From: Lama guanicoe
Lineage: Eukaryota
Assembly: GCA_013239625.1 (NCBI GenBank)
Contig: MU054338.1
Location: forward strand, 5,432,724 to 5,496,723
DNA: 64,000 nt
Direction of reading: 5' to 3'
Program-made: the position numbers and the translations under genes
Shown here: one piece after another, positions 13,029-29,790 of the stretch
Position numbering within the stretch: the first letter of the stretch is position 1
Layout: the number at the start of each line of letters is the position of its first letter
Notes under the pieces: model-generated
What the model was told of the DNA's origin: nothing
Databases searched by the model: none
What the model saw: the letters and a program-made list of their open reading frames with translations, nothing else

Positions 13029-13078
13029 CGCTTGGAGATCTCCTGGTAACGTAGCTGCAGCTTCGCCTGCAAGTCTTG
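13029..13078 (-). CDS. NDUFA7: NDUFA7 exon 2
   Basis: QDLQAKLQLRYQEISKR; cccacag acceptor, GTGAGC donor. Confidence 0.95.
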
Positions 13079-13389
13079 CTGTGGGAGAAAGAGAGGAAGG
13101 AGGTCAGCCCGCAGGGTACCCCAAGAGAGAAGGCCAGCGAACAGGGACAGTTCGGGGATGAACAAACGAAGGGGAGGCGGGAGATGGGCATTTGGCGACA
13201 AGGATATGAGCGATGGAGGTGAAGAGGAAGGATGGAGGCCGGGGCCACAAAAATCCAAGGCTAAGAAGGTACAGCACTAGAGAGAACCCAGGCCTGAGTG
13301 GGACCCCAGTCAAGAGAGAGCCAAGGGCTGGGGATGGGGGTGGGTGTGTCTCAGGCTGAAGGGGACATAAGTCGGGGATTCCGGGCTAA

Positions 13390-14004
<615 letters not shown>

Positions 14005-14421
14005 TGAGAACCGACGTCCCCTTTTCCCCAAGGCTCACGGAGGGTCCGAAGCTTCACCAAGGCCCTGCCCACCCGGTCTGAGCTCTGTCGACCTCATTCT
14101 ACAAGCTCTGACATACCTCGTTCTCGAGATTCAGCTTATCCTAACGACCACTGTGTGGTTCTACGCCCTCACAGTTGCGCTGCCGTCCCCGACGGGCCCA
14201 GAGCGGCAGTTGTCTCCCCTGGTGGCTTCTTTTGGCCCTTGAGAGCATTGTTCTTCACGTTTCGGGCCCTCTACGGCTTTTCTCCAGGCCCAGCCTTGCC
14301 TCCCAGCCTCAGTACCCCTTTGTCTCTGTGTAGACACGTCCCCTGAAACTAAATTTGCTGCCATCCCACGGTGCATATTCGTGGCTGACTCTGACTTCCC
14401 TTCCCGCGCGGCACCCCGTAG

Positions 14422-14544
<123 letters not shown>

Positions 14545-14751
14545 AATTGTGGCTAGTGAGTGCATGACTGGAGTGAAAAACAGCGGGTCACCGTTAGACT
14601 CTTGGTTGGTGGTAGGGAGGTTTATCGCCATGCCCACGGGTGAGGGACTCTTCATGGTGGGGTGTGTAGGAGGGGTATGGTTGGCAAAATAGGGGTTACC
14701 AGTTGAGAGGGCTGGGGCTGTTAAGCATCTCATGGTTCCATTTGTTTACAG

Positions 14752-14835
14752 GGTCCTGGATGTCTGGGTCTGGCCACTTGGCCCACAAGGATGATTTCCT
14801 GACTGTTAGTTAATAAAGCATTTATATTGTATGTA
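14752..14835 (+). other. RPS28: RPS28 non-coding last exon with AATAAA at 14812-14817
   Basis: Donor CTA|GTGAGT at 14556; acceptor tttgtttacag ending 14751; 3' end approximate. Confidence 0.75.
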
Positions 14836-15012
14836 AACTTGGGGGTTTTGTCTGCATTGTCACTAGGCTTATAAAATCCTCCTGTGGGACTGCCCCAGGT
14901 GGCCACTGATCCACCCCGTGGCGAGTAGTTTTCCCAACAAGGCATAACTCTTTGAGGAGAGAGAGAACTATGTGTCATGGATCTCAAATAACACAAACTG
15001 AGTTAGGAATGT

Positions 15013-15018
15013 TTTATT
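15013..15018 (-). terminator. KANK3 poly(A) signal AATAAA
   Basis: tttatt on + strand about 220 nt after the stop. Confidence 0.7.
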
Positions 15019-15238
15019 AGGGTAGAAGGCTGCAGAAGTGGGTGGACTAGGGTTTTATCTCTTCTCAGCCCCCACCTCACCCTGCAGAGTTCCAGGTGAG
15101 CCCCTCCGGCCACTGAGCCATCCCAGCCTTCCTTTTGGTACAGGGCTAGCATCTGGATGCAACCCCTGCTATGCCCAGAGGCTGAGGTGGGGGAGGGAGA
15201 GGTCTCTCCCCCATTCTGGGTTCAGCGTGTCAGGCCAG

Positions 15239-15316
15239 TCATTGAGGCTGGGGGTCCTTTTCACTGTCGCTGCATTCTCCTTCACCGGGCACAGCCATGG
15301 GAGAGTCAGGGGACAA
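15239..15316 (-). CDS. KANK3: KANK3 terminal coding exon
   Basis: LSPDSPMAVPGEGECSDSEKDPQPQ*; spliced CDS 2442 nt = 813 aa. Confidence 0.8.
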   Translation of the reverse strand: MSPDSPMAVPGEGECSDSEKDPQPQ

Positions 15317-15981
15317 CTGGTGAGAGAGGTTGGGAGAGGGGGTCCTATATCCTGCAAGCCGGACACTGTGGGTCCCAGCCCCTGGGACTCGGACGTTTAA
15401 CCAAGTGGAGGGATTGCCTGTCCACTGATCCCTGCAAATGAAGCAGGGACCCCACCTTTTACAGCGGAGCTTGAATCCTGCTTCTGGCCCATCTGACCTG
15501 GAAGAGGCACTTGACCTCCATGGCTCCTTTCCCACATCTCTGCAGGAGAGTGCAGGATGGGCAGCCTGACTGGATGAATTTAATTCTGCAAGCGCTGAGA
15601 ATAGAATCGCCTGGCACTTGCCTTTTGAATATAAGCCTCTTCCCCTTGGGGACAAACTAAGGCCCCCAGACCAGCCCTTCCTGCCTGCTGCTGGCAAACT
15701 CCTTGTTCCCATCCTGAAGCTGTAACTTGCAGGGAGTCTGCATCCTCTTCCCCTGCCCTGCTTGACTCCAAAGTCTCCCCTGTCCCTTTGCTGTGAGCCT
15801 CCCTGGGGGCAGTAGCAGGATCCACTGACATGAAGGTCTGAGCTAGGTCTGACAGCCCTACTTTGACCTTAGGTCACGTCCCCTCTGGAGCCCTCAGGCT
15901 CGGGACCTGTGAAGTGAAGGTGTGTCTAACTTGGGCTTTCTGCAGGTTGAACATCAAGTCCCAACCACACGAGAGAATTCA

Positions 15982-16505
<524 letters not shown>

Positions 16506-16508
16506 TCA

Positions 16509-16850
<342 letters not shown>

Positions 16851-18326
16851 CTATAGAGAAAGAGAACCGGCTGAGAGTTAACATTCAAGAAACGGAAGAG
16901 TGACTTGAGGTCAGAGGGAGACGTCAGGAGCAGAGGTGGGTAGTGTTCTGACCAGTAAGAGGTTCCGGGGGATACTTAGGGAGGAAGGGGAAGCAGTCTG
17001 GAAGTGGAGATAAAGAACAAGGACACGGCTGTGTACCAGCCCTTCATTCCAGGGAGAGGGGAAACAGCCCCTATGTGCCGGTGCACTGAGGGCTCAGGGT
17101 CCTGGGGAGGGGGTAGGTGGAGGGCCAGGCTGACGCACGTGAGAACCAGAAGGCCCACAGCATGGTCTGGGGAGTTGGAGCCGAGGGTGGATTCAAATGC
17201 AGGGAATAATGGGTCCAAGGAACCTCTAGCCTCTTGTGACCAGTGTCTGTATCTGCCTTGACACCTGCCGCAGCCCCAGTCCCCAGCCCTCTTTAAGATA
17301 GGAGCTGCCCAGAAAGTATCTTGAATTCATGCCTCATCCCCTCCTCCCAAGCCACAGCTCCCTGTCCATCCCAGAGCAGCTGTGCTCTTCCTCCTGGTCA
17401 CCAAGACCTGCAGGGATGGGACGACGGATCTGTGTGTTTAGGGAAGTAGCATGGGGGATGCGACAGTGGGACCTGCCTAAGCTTGCAGTGACAGTTGAGA
17501 GGCCTCCAAGGGCAGGCCCTAAAGGGTACTGAACTTGAAAGAGGACACCCAGGAGAGCAGTTGGTAGGCAGTGTATCTGCTGTCCACTATCCCCTTTGCT
17601 GTGAGTCCCACGGGGGAAAGCAGTTGTATGTGGGTGACCCACCCCCATCCAGTCACTGCACTGGTACCTAGAAGCCTCTTGATACATGTCTGTGGGCTCA
17701 ACAACACCTGGGTGTGTGGGTCTCTGCTCCAGAGGGGAAAATGTTGAGGCAGGTGTTGGAAATATGTGACAGTGGAGTCAATGCAGGGCCTGGTGGTGGA
17801 CTGTGGGCCTGGTGCCCCATCCCAGGAAGAAGTCACAGCTCTGACCAGTGAAGACTTCCTCTGGAGGATGGAGAGGTGGTGGCTGGATACTGGGGCTCAG
17901 GGAGGAGGTGAGCACCAAGGCTGAAGATCCAGGAGCAGGAGGTGTGGTGACCATGGGCTGACCTATATGCCTGGCCCTGTTCTACTTGTGTATTATCACA
18001 GTTGCCCAGGGAGAGAGGTGTTAAATACCACGTTTCACAGATGAGGAACCTAAAGCCGGTGGGATGACGTAATCCCCCTAAATTTCGGTCTTACCTCATC
18101 CCAGAGCCTGGAATTCCCTTCCCCTTAAAAGTGAGAGGCAGGTCAGGGCAGATCTCGGAGAGGTCAGTCTCTCTACAGTGCGTCATGGAACCCCCCTGGA
18201 AGAGCCAGCGATGCCCTCTGCCTGGCCAGCCCTTCTCTGCAGTCTACCGGCTCTCCCAGCCAGGACCTGCTCAGATTCTCCCTTCCGTGGCTCCCTATTG
18301 CTTGGCGCCCTCCCCCTCCCTCCTCA

Positions 18327-18656
<330 letters not shown>

Positions 18657-18994
18657 TCACTCCGTGTCCGAGGCGGGGCGTGGACCCATGGGGCTGCACC
18701 CTCTTGGAGGAGTGAATACCGTCACTGTGGGTACAGGGCTTGAGGGGGCAAGAGTGTTCCCCTTCTGGGGAAGAGCCTGTGCGAGAAGCTGGAGCGGAGG
18801 AAGGCGGTGAGTGCATGTCTCTAGGGAGTCCGGGAGTGGGGCTGGGGCTTGAGGTGGACCCCTTTTGGGAAGTCAGGGAAAGATCAACGCTCCCTTAGAG
18901 AGCCTGGGATCCGTGGAGGTCCCTGGTGCGACAGAACTTGGGACTCTCCGCCCCAACTCTAGGGAACCTGATGCACTTCCCTAGGTGGGTGTCA

Positions 18995-19156
<162 letters not shown>

Positions 19157-19231
19157 TCAGGCCGGGTGGGGGTGGGGGGTGGGGAAAAGGGAAAGAGAGC
19201 AGCGGTCTCCACTCGGTGTCCCCGGTGCTCA

Positions 19232-19789
<558 letters not shown>

Positions 19790-19792
19790 TCA

Positions 19793-21235
<1,443 letters not shown>

Positions 21236-21890
21236 TTAAGCTCCTCTCTGCACCCAAAAAGTGCAATCATGCGTGCAACTGAGCGTCTACTATGTGCCAA
21301 GCACCTTTCTAGGCGCTGCGGACACACCAGTGAACAGGACAAGCATCCCTGCCCTCTTGTAGGAGGCAGGTAAATAAACACAATCATTCCGCGTGGTGCT
21401 TAGAACAATCATAATAATAACAAGATGAAACAGAGTAAATGGAAGAGGCAGGATTTTGGCTCTGGCTGTCAGGGCGTGTTTCCTGCAGAGGGGACATATA
21501 AACTGAGCCCTGAATGAGAAGGGGGAAGCATCTGGGGACAGAAGGTCCTAAAAGAAAGCAGCCTGTGCAAAGGCCCTGGGGTGGAGTGAGCAGGGTCGGG
21601 GTAAGGGTGTCTGGAGCAGAGTGAAGGAAGGGAGCGCAGAGAGGAGCAGCAGAGGTGGGCTTTGGCCAGACTGTGGAGAACCTTCTGGGCCACCATGAGG
21701 AGTTGGAGTTTTATTCCACAAGTGAGAAGGCACCATAGGCAGATTTGAAGCAGGGCCATGACATTATCCAATGGACATTTATAAAGGGCCCCTTGGCTAC
21801 TCAGCAAAGGATGGAATTCCAGGGCTGTACCACACCTGGGCACCAAGTGTGGACCTCTACACACTCACGTATCCCATTTTGCACACTCAC

Positions 21891-21924
21891 CAGGCAGGTT
21901 CTGATTCAGGGCAAACTTGGCCAT
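21891..21924 (-). CDS. KANK3: KANK3 first coding exon
   Basis: MAKFALNQNLP; acceptor tttttcag ending 21953; donor CTG|GTGAGT. Confidence 0.9.
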
Positions 21925-24900
21925 GTTTCTTGGAGTAACTGCCAGACACACCCTGAAAAAGGCCCCCAGAGGGGAGAGTCGGGGGCTGGGTCCAGTCCTG
22001 CTGGCTGTGCCCCTGGGGTCAGCCTGGACTCTGAGTGAGTAGACCCAAGAGGTCCTCTCCACCCACCCACCTGCACACAAAGGCCTTCTCCTCCCTCCTC
22101 CCTCCAGTGGCCTTGAAACTTTGGAATGAATGAATGGGGGACCCCCCCCAAGATGCCAGGCCTCTGTCCACTGGGCAGGAGGAGGCAGGAAAGATATTAA
22201 AAGGAAAAGAGAGGAAGGCAGTCAAAAGAACAAGAGTTGGGGAGGGGGAGGTGCATTCCAGACCTGCTGAGTTTTCTGTCAGTCCTTGGGGAAAATTTAG
22301 AAACTGATGCTCACAGGGGTGGAGTGCCAACCTTCAGAAGAGGAAGGTGAGAGTTGGAAGCCCTTTGTGGGCTCATTCAAAACTCATCTGGTCAGATTCT
22401 ACAAACTAAAACAAAAACAAAAAAACAAAAACTGAATTTCTTACATTTTTCCCTTAGAGTGCAAATAAGATATAATTGTACATCTGAATTTATACCAACG
22501 TCACTTGTGCGATCCTTTAGGAATGATAGAGAGCTGTGGGCCAGATGCACCAAGGGGATGCAAATCAATGGAAACTAGGCTCCCTGGAATGTCTCTAGTG
22601 GAGTGCCACAGGGCTCTGCCCTTGGCTTGTAAGAGGTTGTAGTGGAACCACAAGCACCCAGGTTGTCAGAGCTGCGGCCGAGCTTGGGGCTAAAGGGAGA
22701 GTGACTCTTTGGGTGACATGATGGGAGGCTTTAAGAAACTGAGGGAGGTAGGGTCACATCTATTAATGTGACATTTAATGAGGACAAATATCAAATCCAA
22801 AACTTTGATTCAGAAAGCACATGGTAGGAAATCTGGAGCTTTCAAGAACCCACATGAAACACCCTCAGGGAAGGGAAAGCAGCTTGTAGTGAGTGCCTAC
22901 TGTATTCCCTGCCTGATTAAATGTAAACCCCACACATACAATCCTGCAAGGCAGGATGGTGCCCCCTCTTCCAGATGGGGAAACTAAGGCATAAAGCGAT
23001 GAAGTCAATTGCCTACGGGAAATGCCCTCAGAGTGGGCTCTGCTTATCTGGGGACCTCTAGTCTGTCCAGCCCTCCACCGGCAGGACCCAATCTGTACTC
23101 TCCCTCATTTATTGCCCATCTGTGCTAACCACCTGGTAACCTTCCTGGTCACCCCTGCTGGCCTCTTGCACGCCTGATGACCACCTACGTGCCTAACACC
23201 CCCCAGCCATTGAGCATCCATTGACCCACCTAACTCACTCTGCTCCACTGCAGGGGGAACCCTCCCTCTCACCAACTCTGTCCAACCTGGGTCCCTGACA
23301 TTTCCCCCACCCCCTCAAGGCAGTGGGAGACAAGGGAGGGGGTAACTTCCAGTCCTGAAGCAGCTGTTTCCTGTCCCCTCACTCGGGCGATGAGGGGCGG
23401 GCCAGCAGGGCAGCCGGTCATCACGGAGGACAGCCAGTACCTCTCAGGATTTGTTTTCAGGAAACGGCCAGGGAAGAGCTGGGTCATGGAAAAAAACCTG
23501 GGCTGGGGCCTAGGGGTCTGGGCCTGCCTCATGCACAGCTGGCTGTGTTACTCAGTTAAGTGTCAGCCCCCTCCTCCAGTGATCTGGTCACACCCCAATC
23601 TGAGAACCTGGGAACTAAAAAAAAAAAAAAGACCAGCTGTGGACAATCCCTAAGACCCAGCCAGCTTGAGCAGCTGGACCCAGAGAATGGCCAGAAAAAT
23701 GGGTGGATGCCCCAAGAATGATCAGTAATAATAACAACACTTTTGCCATTTACTATGGGCTGGCCTCTATTCTAAGCAGTTTATGGGTGTTAAATTAAAA
23801 AAAAAATCCTAGGTAAACCCTCTGAGGTAGGTTTTCTTATCATTATCCCATCCCCCATTGTGCATATAGAGAAACTGAGTTGCAGACAGAGACCCACCCA
23901 AGGTCATACACCAGCAGAAGCAGGATTTGAACCCAGGCAGCCCTGCGGGTGTTTCTGGCCGCTTCACTCGATGGCCTTCTATACACAGCCCTACCCTCCT
24001 CGGGAGGGGCAGGGAACCCGAGGGGGTCGGCCTTCCCAGTCTACCGGCCCCTGAAGGGGAGAGCAGGCCCACACCCCGGCGGCTCCAGGGGCTGCAGCCT
24101 CATAGGAGTGGGGGCGTGCAACTGCCCTCCCCTCTACTCCGCTCCCTGCCCGAGCTGTCATGGCTAGATCCGGAGCCTCTGCCTGAGACCCCCTCATTAG
24201 GCCGTCAGAGCCGACGCCTTACGCCCCCACTCCCGCCCCAAGGGACTATTTCAGGACTCGGAGCTGTGATCACGAAACCTGAGGGCTGAAGGACTCGGCG
24301 GGCGGTGCTGTGCGGATCCCAGGCCCGGGGAGGGAGCGTCTTCCTGGATTGAGGCCCTGGCTAGTGGCACCCCAGAATGTTGGGGCGGGACTTTCAGACC
24401 CCTGAGGTTAGTGTAAGGCCGATGATAGTGGGAGGGGGAGGTACTGAGGTCAGCACCCCCTCATCCCCCTGTCCCCTCAGGACGGCCTCACAGGGACAGA
24501 GCAGTTTCCTCCAGGAAACGCCGCCGGGCGGTTCCATCCGGGCCCATTGTCTGCAGTCCCGGGGGCCGTCCGTCCCTCCCCACAAACACCGTTTCCGAAT
24601 CACCTCCCCCCAACATTCAGGTCCAGTGCAAGGGGCTGGCCCCGGATCCCCAAGCTGTTCGGGAGTGACTCTGGGAAAGGGTCCCGGAGTCGTTTGGGGT
24701 GCTAGGGGGCGAACAAGTCCCCTACTTAGCTCCTGAAGGGCGGGAGGAAGGCGGTCTCACGAATCCAGAGCTCCCGACTCTGTTCTATGCCCACCTGGGG
24801 CTCCCAGTGTGGGAGGGGTCCCAGCCAGAAGGCGGGCGCCCGCCCCGTCGCTGCGCGCTGAGACCGCAGGGGCTGGAAGGAAAGACCCCGTCCCAGTGGG

Positions 24901-24952
24901 TCCCCTGACCCCCCCAAGGACCCCATCGGTGCCCCGCAAGCTGGTGATTTAC

Positions 24953-25010
24953 CTGAAGCCGCAGCCCCCGCCGCGCCCGCACCCGAGCCCGCCCCCTCGA
25001 AGCTCGGGGA
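24953..25010 (-). other. KANK3: Probable KANK3 non-coding exon 1 in a CpG island
   Basis: GC-rich segment ending CAG|GTAAAT at 24952; GC boxes at about 25130-25150; 5' end uncertain. Confidence 0.5.
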
Positions 25011-26519
25011 CTGGTTATCAAGGCCTTGGCCCTAACTGACGGCCATGTCAGCGAACCAGCGCCCGAGGCTCTCCAAGCTGTCCAATGGTGAGACGGGGTG
25101 GGCCGTGCTGGCCCTGCCCCCAGAGTTTGAGGCGGGGCTGGGGGCGGGGCCTGGAGTGGCTGTCCTGAGGGCGGACCAGCGGGAATCGGGAGCACAGCTC
25201 CCAAGTGCTGCCCAGCGCAGGGCTAAGGGCTTGGATTTGATCCATAGGGGACAGGGAGCCACTGGAAGATTCTAAGTAGGAGAGTTACTCAGGAAGATTT
25301 GCGTATTTGGAAGATCTCCTTGGTGGAAGCTGGAAGGACTGCCTGGACCCTGGATCTTTCCCACCGCAGTGTCTTTGCACAGGCTGTTCCACCTTTCTTA
25401 ACTGTCCTTCCCTGCACCTGTTCACTGGACCACCTTCTCCTACCTTTGGGGGCTCAACCTGTGTGTTCCTGCCCCCAAAAGTCCTAATGTGGGCCTTCTC
25501 TGGCCACTATCTTGCCAGTCACTCTGTTTTATGCACCTAATAGCTATTTTCAGTCTGGAAAAGAAAAACAGAAAACAAAAAACAGGAATCTCGATTATTT
25601 ATTTATTTACTGTTTACCATCTGTCTCCCCATAAAGACAGGGGACCGATTGATTTTGGTCACTGCTTTATCCAGCGCCCTGGGCACACAGCAGGTACTTA
25701 ATAAACGTTTATTGAAATAATGATTTGAAATTTAAAAGGGAAGAAAATTACATTGAACTCTTTAACCCATTTTGATATATTGTGACCTCAAATGACTCTG
25801 CAGATTTTTTTATAATTAATTTAGCATTAACTGAGTACCTACTGCATGCCAGGCACTGTGCAGATCCTTGAGGGGAAATCCCTGCCATCCTGGACCTCAA
25901 AGCTGAGAGGAGGAGATAGACTTTCAAGCTAAGGTTTATGGCACGGGGTGAAAGGGGGGAGCTGGAGTCTATGGGAGGAGAAGGAAGGGTGCAAATTATC
26001 GACCTGGAGGGTCCACGGAGGCAGCCTACAGGGGTGACACTTAAGGAACGCTACTCCAGGTAAGAGAAATTACATGTGCAAACAAAGAGAAGTGGAAAGC
26101 ACTGTATTTGCAGAACTTTGACTAGGTCATTGTGTTGGTGGGAGGGAAGATGGAGAGACAGGCAGAAGAGTGTGTCTGAAGCAGCGCAGACTTCATCTGA
26201 TAAAGTGGCACCCATTGGAGGCAAGTAACTGCATTCCCACAATCCATCTGTCTGTTTGTCCCAGTGCCAGTCAGTTTTAACTATTGTAGATTTAGAATAT
26301 ATTTTAACATCAGATGCTCCACTTTTTGCAAGACATCTGGGCTTTTTCCATTGTCTTTTTTTCTGTTCTTCCAGATAAGCTGTAGAATTCTGTCGTGTTT
26401 CCCCTATAAAAACTACACCTGGAATTTAAAAAATATTTTTGTTGTACAATAAAATGCACACAGAGAGCCAAGTCCAAGAAAACACATAAAACAAATACAT
26501 AACTTAAGGAGTTATGGAT

Positions 26520-26742
26520 GGGCAGTTCTCAGCCAGGGTTGACTTTGCCTCTAGGGGGACATTTGGCAATATGTGGAGACATTGTTGATTGTCATGATGG
26601 AGTAGGGGAGGGCTGCTACTGGCCTCTGGTGGGTGGAGGCCAGGGACTGCTAAACATCCCGCAATGCACAGGGCAGTACCCCCACCACCAACAACCAAGA
26701 ATTATCTGGCCTGTCAATGGTACTGAGTTTGAGAAACTCAGC
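26520..26742 (+). mobile_element. MER20-like hAT DNA transposon relic
   Basis: cagttctca...ggggacatttggcaat...gctactggc...tgagaaac; second degraded copy at about 31620-31830. Confidence 0.7.
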
Positions 26743-28253
26743 TGGAGGTGAACATCATCATAACGTCCACCCGGGTCAACAATAGCACATCGTCATCCAC
26801 CCCAGAAGCCCCTCCACACATCACTTCCCAATCATGGCACCTCCTTGCTCAGTGAAGTAACCACTGTTGTGACTTTTTAAATAATCACTGCCTCTGAATA
26901 GCTGATCATGCAAGTTTCAGTCTCTAGACACCGTGGCTTAGTCTTGCCCCTGCAAAAAGAAAATGATATGTCTTCTAAGTCTTTTTTAATTCATGGGTTC
27001 CCTCTCCACCCCTTCCCTCCTTTACAGTGAGTCGATTGCACAACTCGGGCTGTTTGTCCTCATGCGCTTCCCTCAGCCTGGGTGGTGTTGATCTCATCCT
27101 CCTGCTGCACTTCCGGCATGGTCCTCTGTCCCTCATCTTCCCTGAAAATTGGCAGTCGGTTCCAGAACTGAGGCCAGACTAGGGTTTGATTCCTTTGGCA
27201 GGATGGTGGGTGTTGCTGATCCCTTCACCAGCCGGCTCATAATCTGTCTCTCTTTGCTTGAGGCTTGCAGCACTGAGGACTGACTTGAGGGTTGCAAAAT
27301 AGTGACAGCCTCTTCCTAGCATTTCTCCCTTGTTTATTAGCTAGGATTCTTCCTTTGCCTGGTACTTCCCCTATGTCCCATTTGGTCATTCAATGGCACG
27401 TGCAAATAGAAGTGCCTGATTTTCTCTTTACAGACCACTTTTCAGAATAGAGAATTAATTCCCCATAAGCCTCTGAAAGTGATCAGTGAGGCTGGCTCTT
27501 CTTTTTTTAAGTCATTATGACCTACGGATTGACACACAACATGCTCCAATCCATTATCCTCTCTGGTGGGCCCACCTGGCCAGTGGGAGCTTCTACTGGT
27601 TGGAAATTTTTTTTTTCAGGAATAATATTATTTTATTTCTCAACATTCCTGCCTCCGCCCCCACCCCCACCCACATCCAGGCCTGTCTTCATATCCAGCT
27701 CTTATGCCACAGAACACTTACACTCAGAAAGAACTCAGGAATAATATTATTTTATTTCTCAGCATCCCTGCACCCACCCCCACCCCCAGCAGTCGCAGAC
27801 CCCTGCTTTGTATCAGTGAAGGATTTGGGTCCTTCCCTCAGCCAGCAACTTACAGCTTTTGCTTTGTGTGGTAAAGAATGGTCCCAGAAAGCAAGCAGGG
27901 TTTTATGCCTGTCCACCACCGAAGGGCTTTTCTTTTTTTGGTTTGGAAGGGCTCTTCTTCATATTTCTTTGACCTGCTCCCAGTCTTCCTCCTGAGAACT
28001 TGGAGGAAATCTGTGGAAAAGAGCTGAATCCCTTTGTGTCTAGGGCTCCCAGGGACTTAGCCTTTAAGACTTCTTTAAAATTTCAGCTATTTTCTTTCTA
28101 GTTGCCCTTTTTCTCTCATTTTCTGCCAAAGGTGAAATAGGTCATGTGGTCCCTGTCTCTCTCCAGAGAGCTTGTCACCTTTTGGAATTCAATTTATCTG
28201 GTTGCCTTGCAACTTGAGCTTTTTGGAGTCAAATAAGTTGTGTGGGGGTGGAA

Positions 28254-28352
28254 ATTTTTTTTTTTAATAGAGGTACTGGGGATTGAACCTGGGACTCCAT
28301 GCACGCTAAGCACGTGCTCTACCACTGAGCTATACCCTCCCCCAACCCCCAC
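28254..28352 (-). mobile_element. tRNA-derived SINE
   Basis: Same consensus; poly-T on + strand. Confidence 0.85.
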
Positions 28353-28579
28353 TTGGAACTTTTTGAAGTAACTCTGACAGTTCTCTGACTGACTTGTATG
28401 ACCAGATGTTCCAGGCACAGATTGGACATGTCCTGTCCCAGACCTAGCATCACCCAGAATCCCCAAGAAGCTCTGGTTTCTTTTGATGGGAAGTTATATT
28501 CATTTGGGAGCTAGGAATGCTCATTTGCTATTGAGTTGGTCATTACGTCTATACTTTTTTGAACAGAGCTAAGTAAAGG

Positions 28580-28850
28580 GAAATATATATATTTATCATA
28601 ATATAGAGAGAACATATAATATATTGTACTATAATACAGTATACTAAGTACTAGAATATAGTATATAACAGTAGATAATTATAATACAGTATGTAATTAT
28701 ATACTATACTCTATAATACAGTACTATAATATAGTATATAATTGTGTATCATGATATAATTTGTACATATTATATGCATGTAATATATTATAACATTTAT
28801 GAATGTATGTATAATATATATACATATCCTATTATATAAAATATTTTATG
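28580..28850. repeat. AT-rich low-complexity tract
   Basis: Degenerate TATA/TACTATAATA units. Confidence 0.8.
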
Positions 28851-28909
28851 ACTTCATTCTGATATTTCCAGGTCAGTTTCCAGACTACATGATTTTTACT
28901 CAACCTCTT

Positions 28910-29372
28910 TGTGTTTGAAAGACTAACATCCCCCCAAAAGATGCTAATCTGTGGAACCCATTCACAGAACAATGTGGCGAAAGGAATTTGCAGATGTGAT
29001 TAAGAGCCTGGAGATGGAGAGACGAATCTGGATTATCCAGGTGGGCTCAATGTCATCATAAAAGTGCTTATAAGGGTTGGGAGGAGAGTCAGAGTCGGAG
29101 GAGACGTGGCAACGGAAGCAGAGGTCAGAGTGTTGTCCTCATTGGAAGGGGGGCCACCAGCTGTGGATCACTGGCCTCTAGGAGCAGGAAAATGTCAGGT
29201 AATGGACCAAGCCCCCAAGCTTCCAGAAGGAATGCAGCGCTGAGGACACCTGGATTTGAGCCTGATGAGACCCATGTTGGATTTTTGACCTCCAGGTCTG
29301 TAAAATAACCTATTAATGTTGTTTTGAGCCACTGGGTTTGCAGTCATTTGTTACAGCAGCAATAGGAAACTA
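28910..29372 (+). mobile_element. MaLR (MLT1D-like) LTR
   Basis: tgcagatgtgattaag...ggattatccaggtgggctcaatgtcatca...tttgttacagcagcaataggaaacta. Confidence 0.75.
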
Positions 29373-29687
29373 TCTGTTGCTTTTTTCTTCTGTAAAAATC
29401 CTGGTTCTGGAGAAGGCAGAATTACAATGTCTCATAATTACTCATTTGCTTTAATCAACATTGCTCACACAATGGTCTCAAAATAACAATGCAACAGTAC
29501 CATCAGTATGTTACTAAAAACAGATTAAAAACATCTCTTGCATATATATGCTCTCCCCATTCTTGGTCACATATATATATTTGTACTGCATCTACATCAT
29601 GAGAACATTAAGTCATTAAGTACATTATTCTTCCTTGTTTTGCGCCCTTTGGTCTTAGGTTTACAAGCAATGCATGTTTCACAAGCT

Positions 29688-29790
29688 TTTTCTTTTTTCC
29701 TTTTTTAATGGAGGTATTGGGGGATTGAACCTAGGACTTCATGCATGCTAAGCATGTGCTCTACCACTGAGCTACATCCCCAACCCCTGC
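29688..29790 (-). mobile_element. tRNA-derived SINE
   Basis: Same consensus. Confidence 0.8.
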
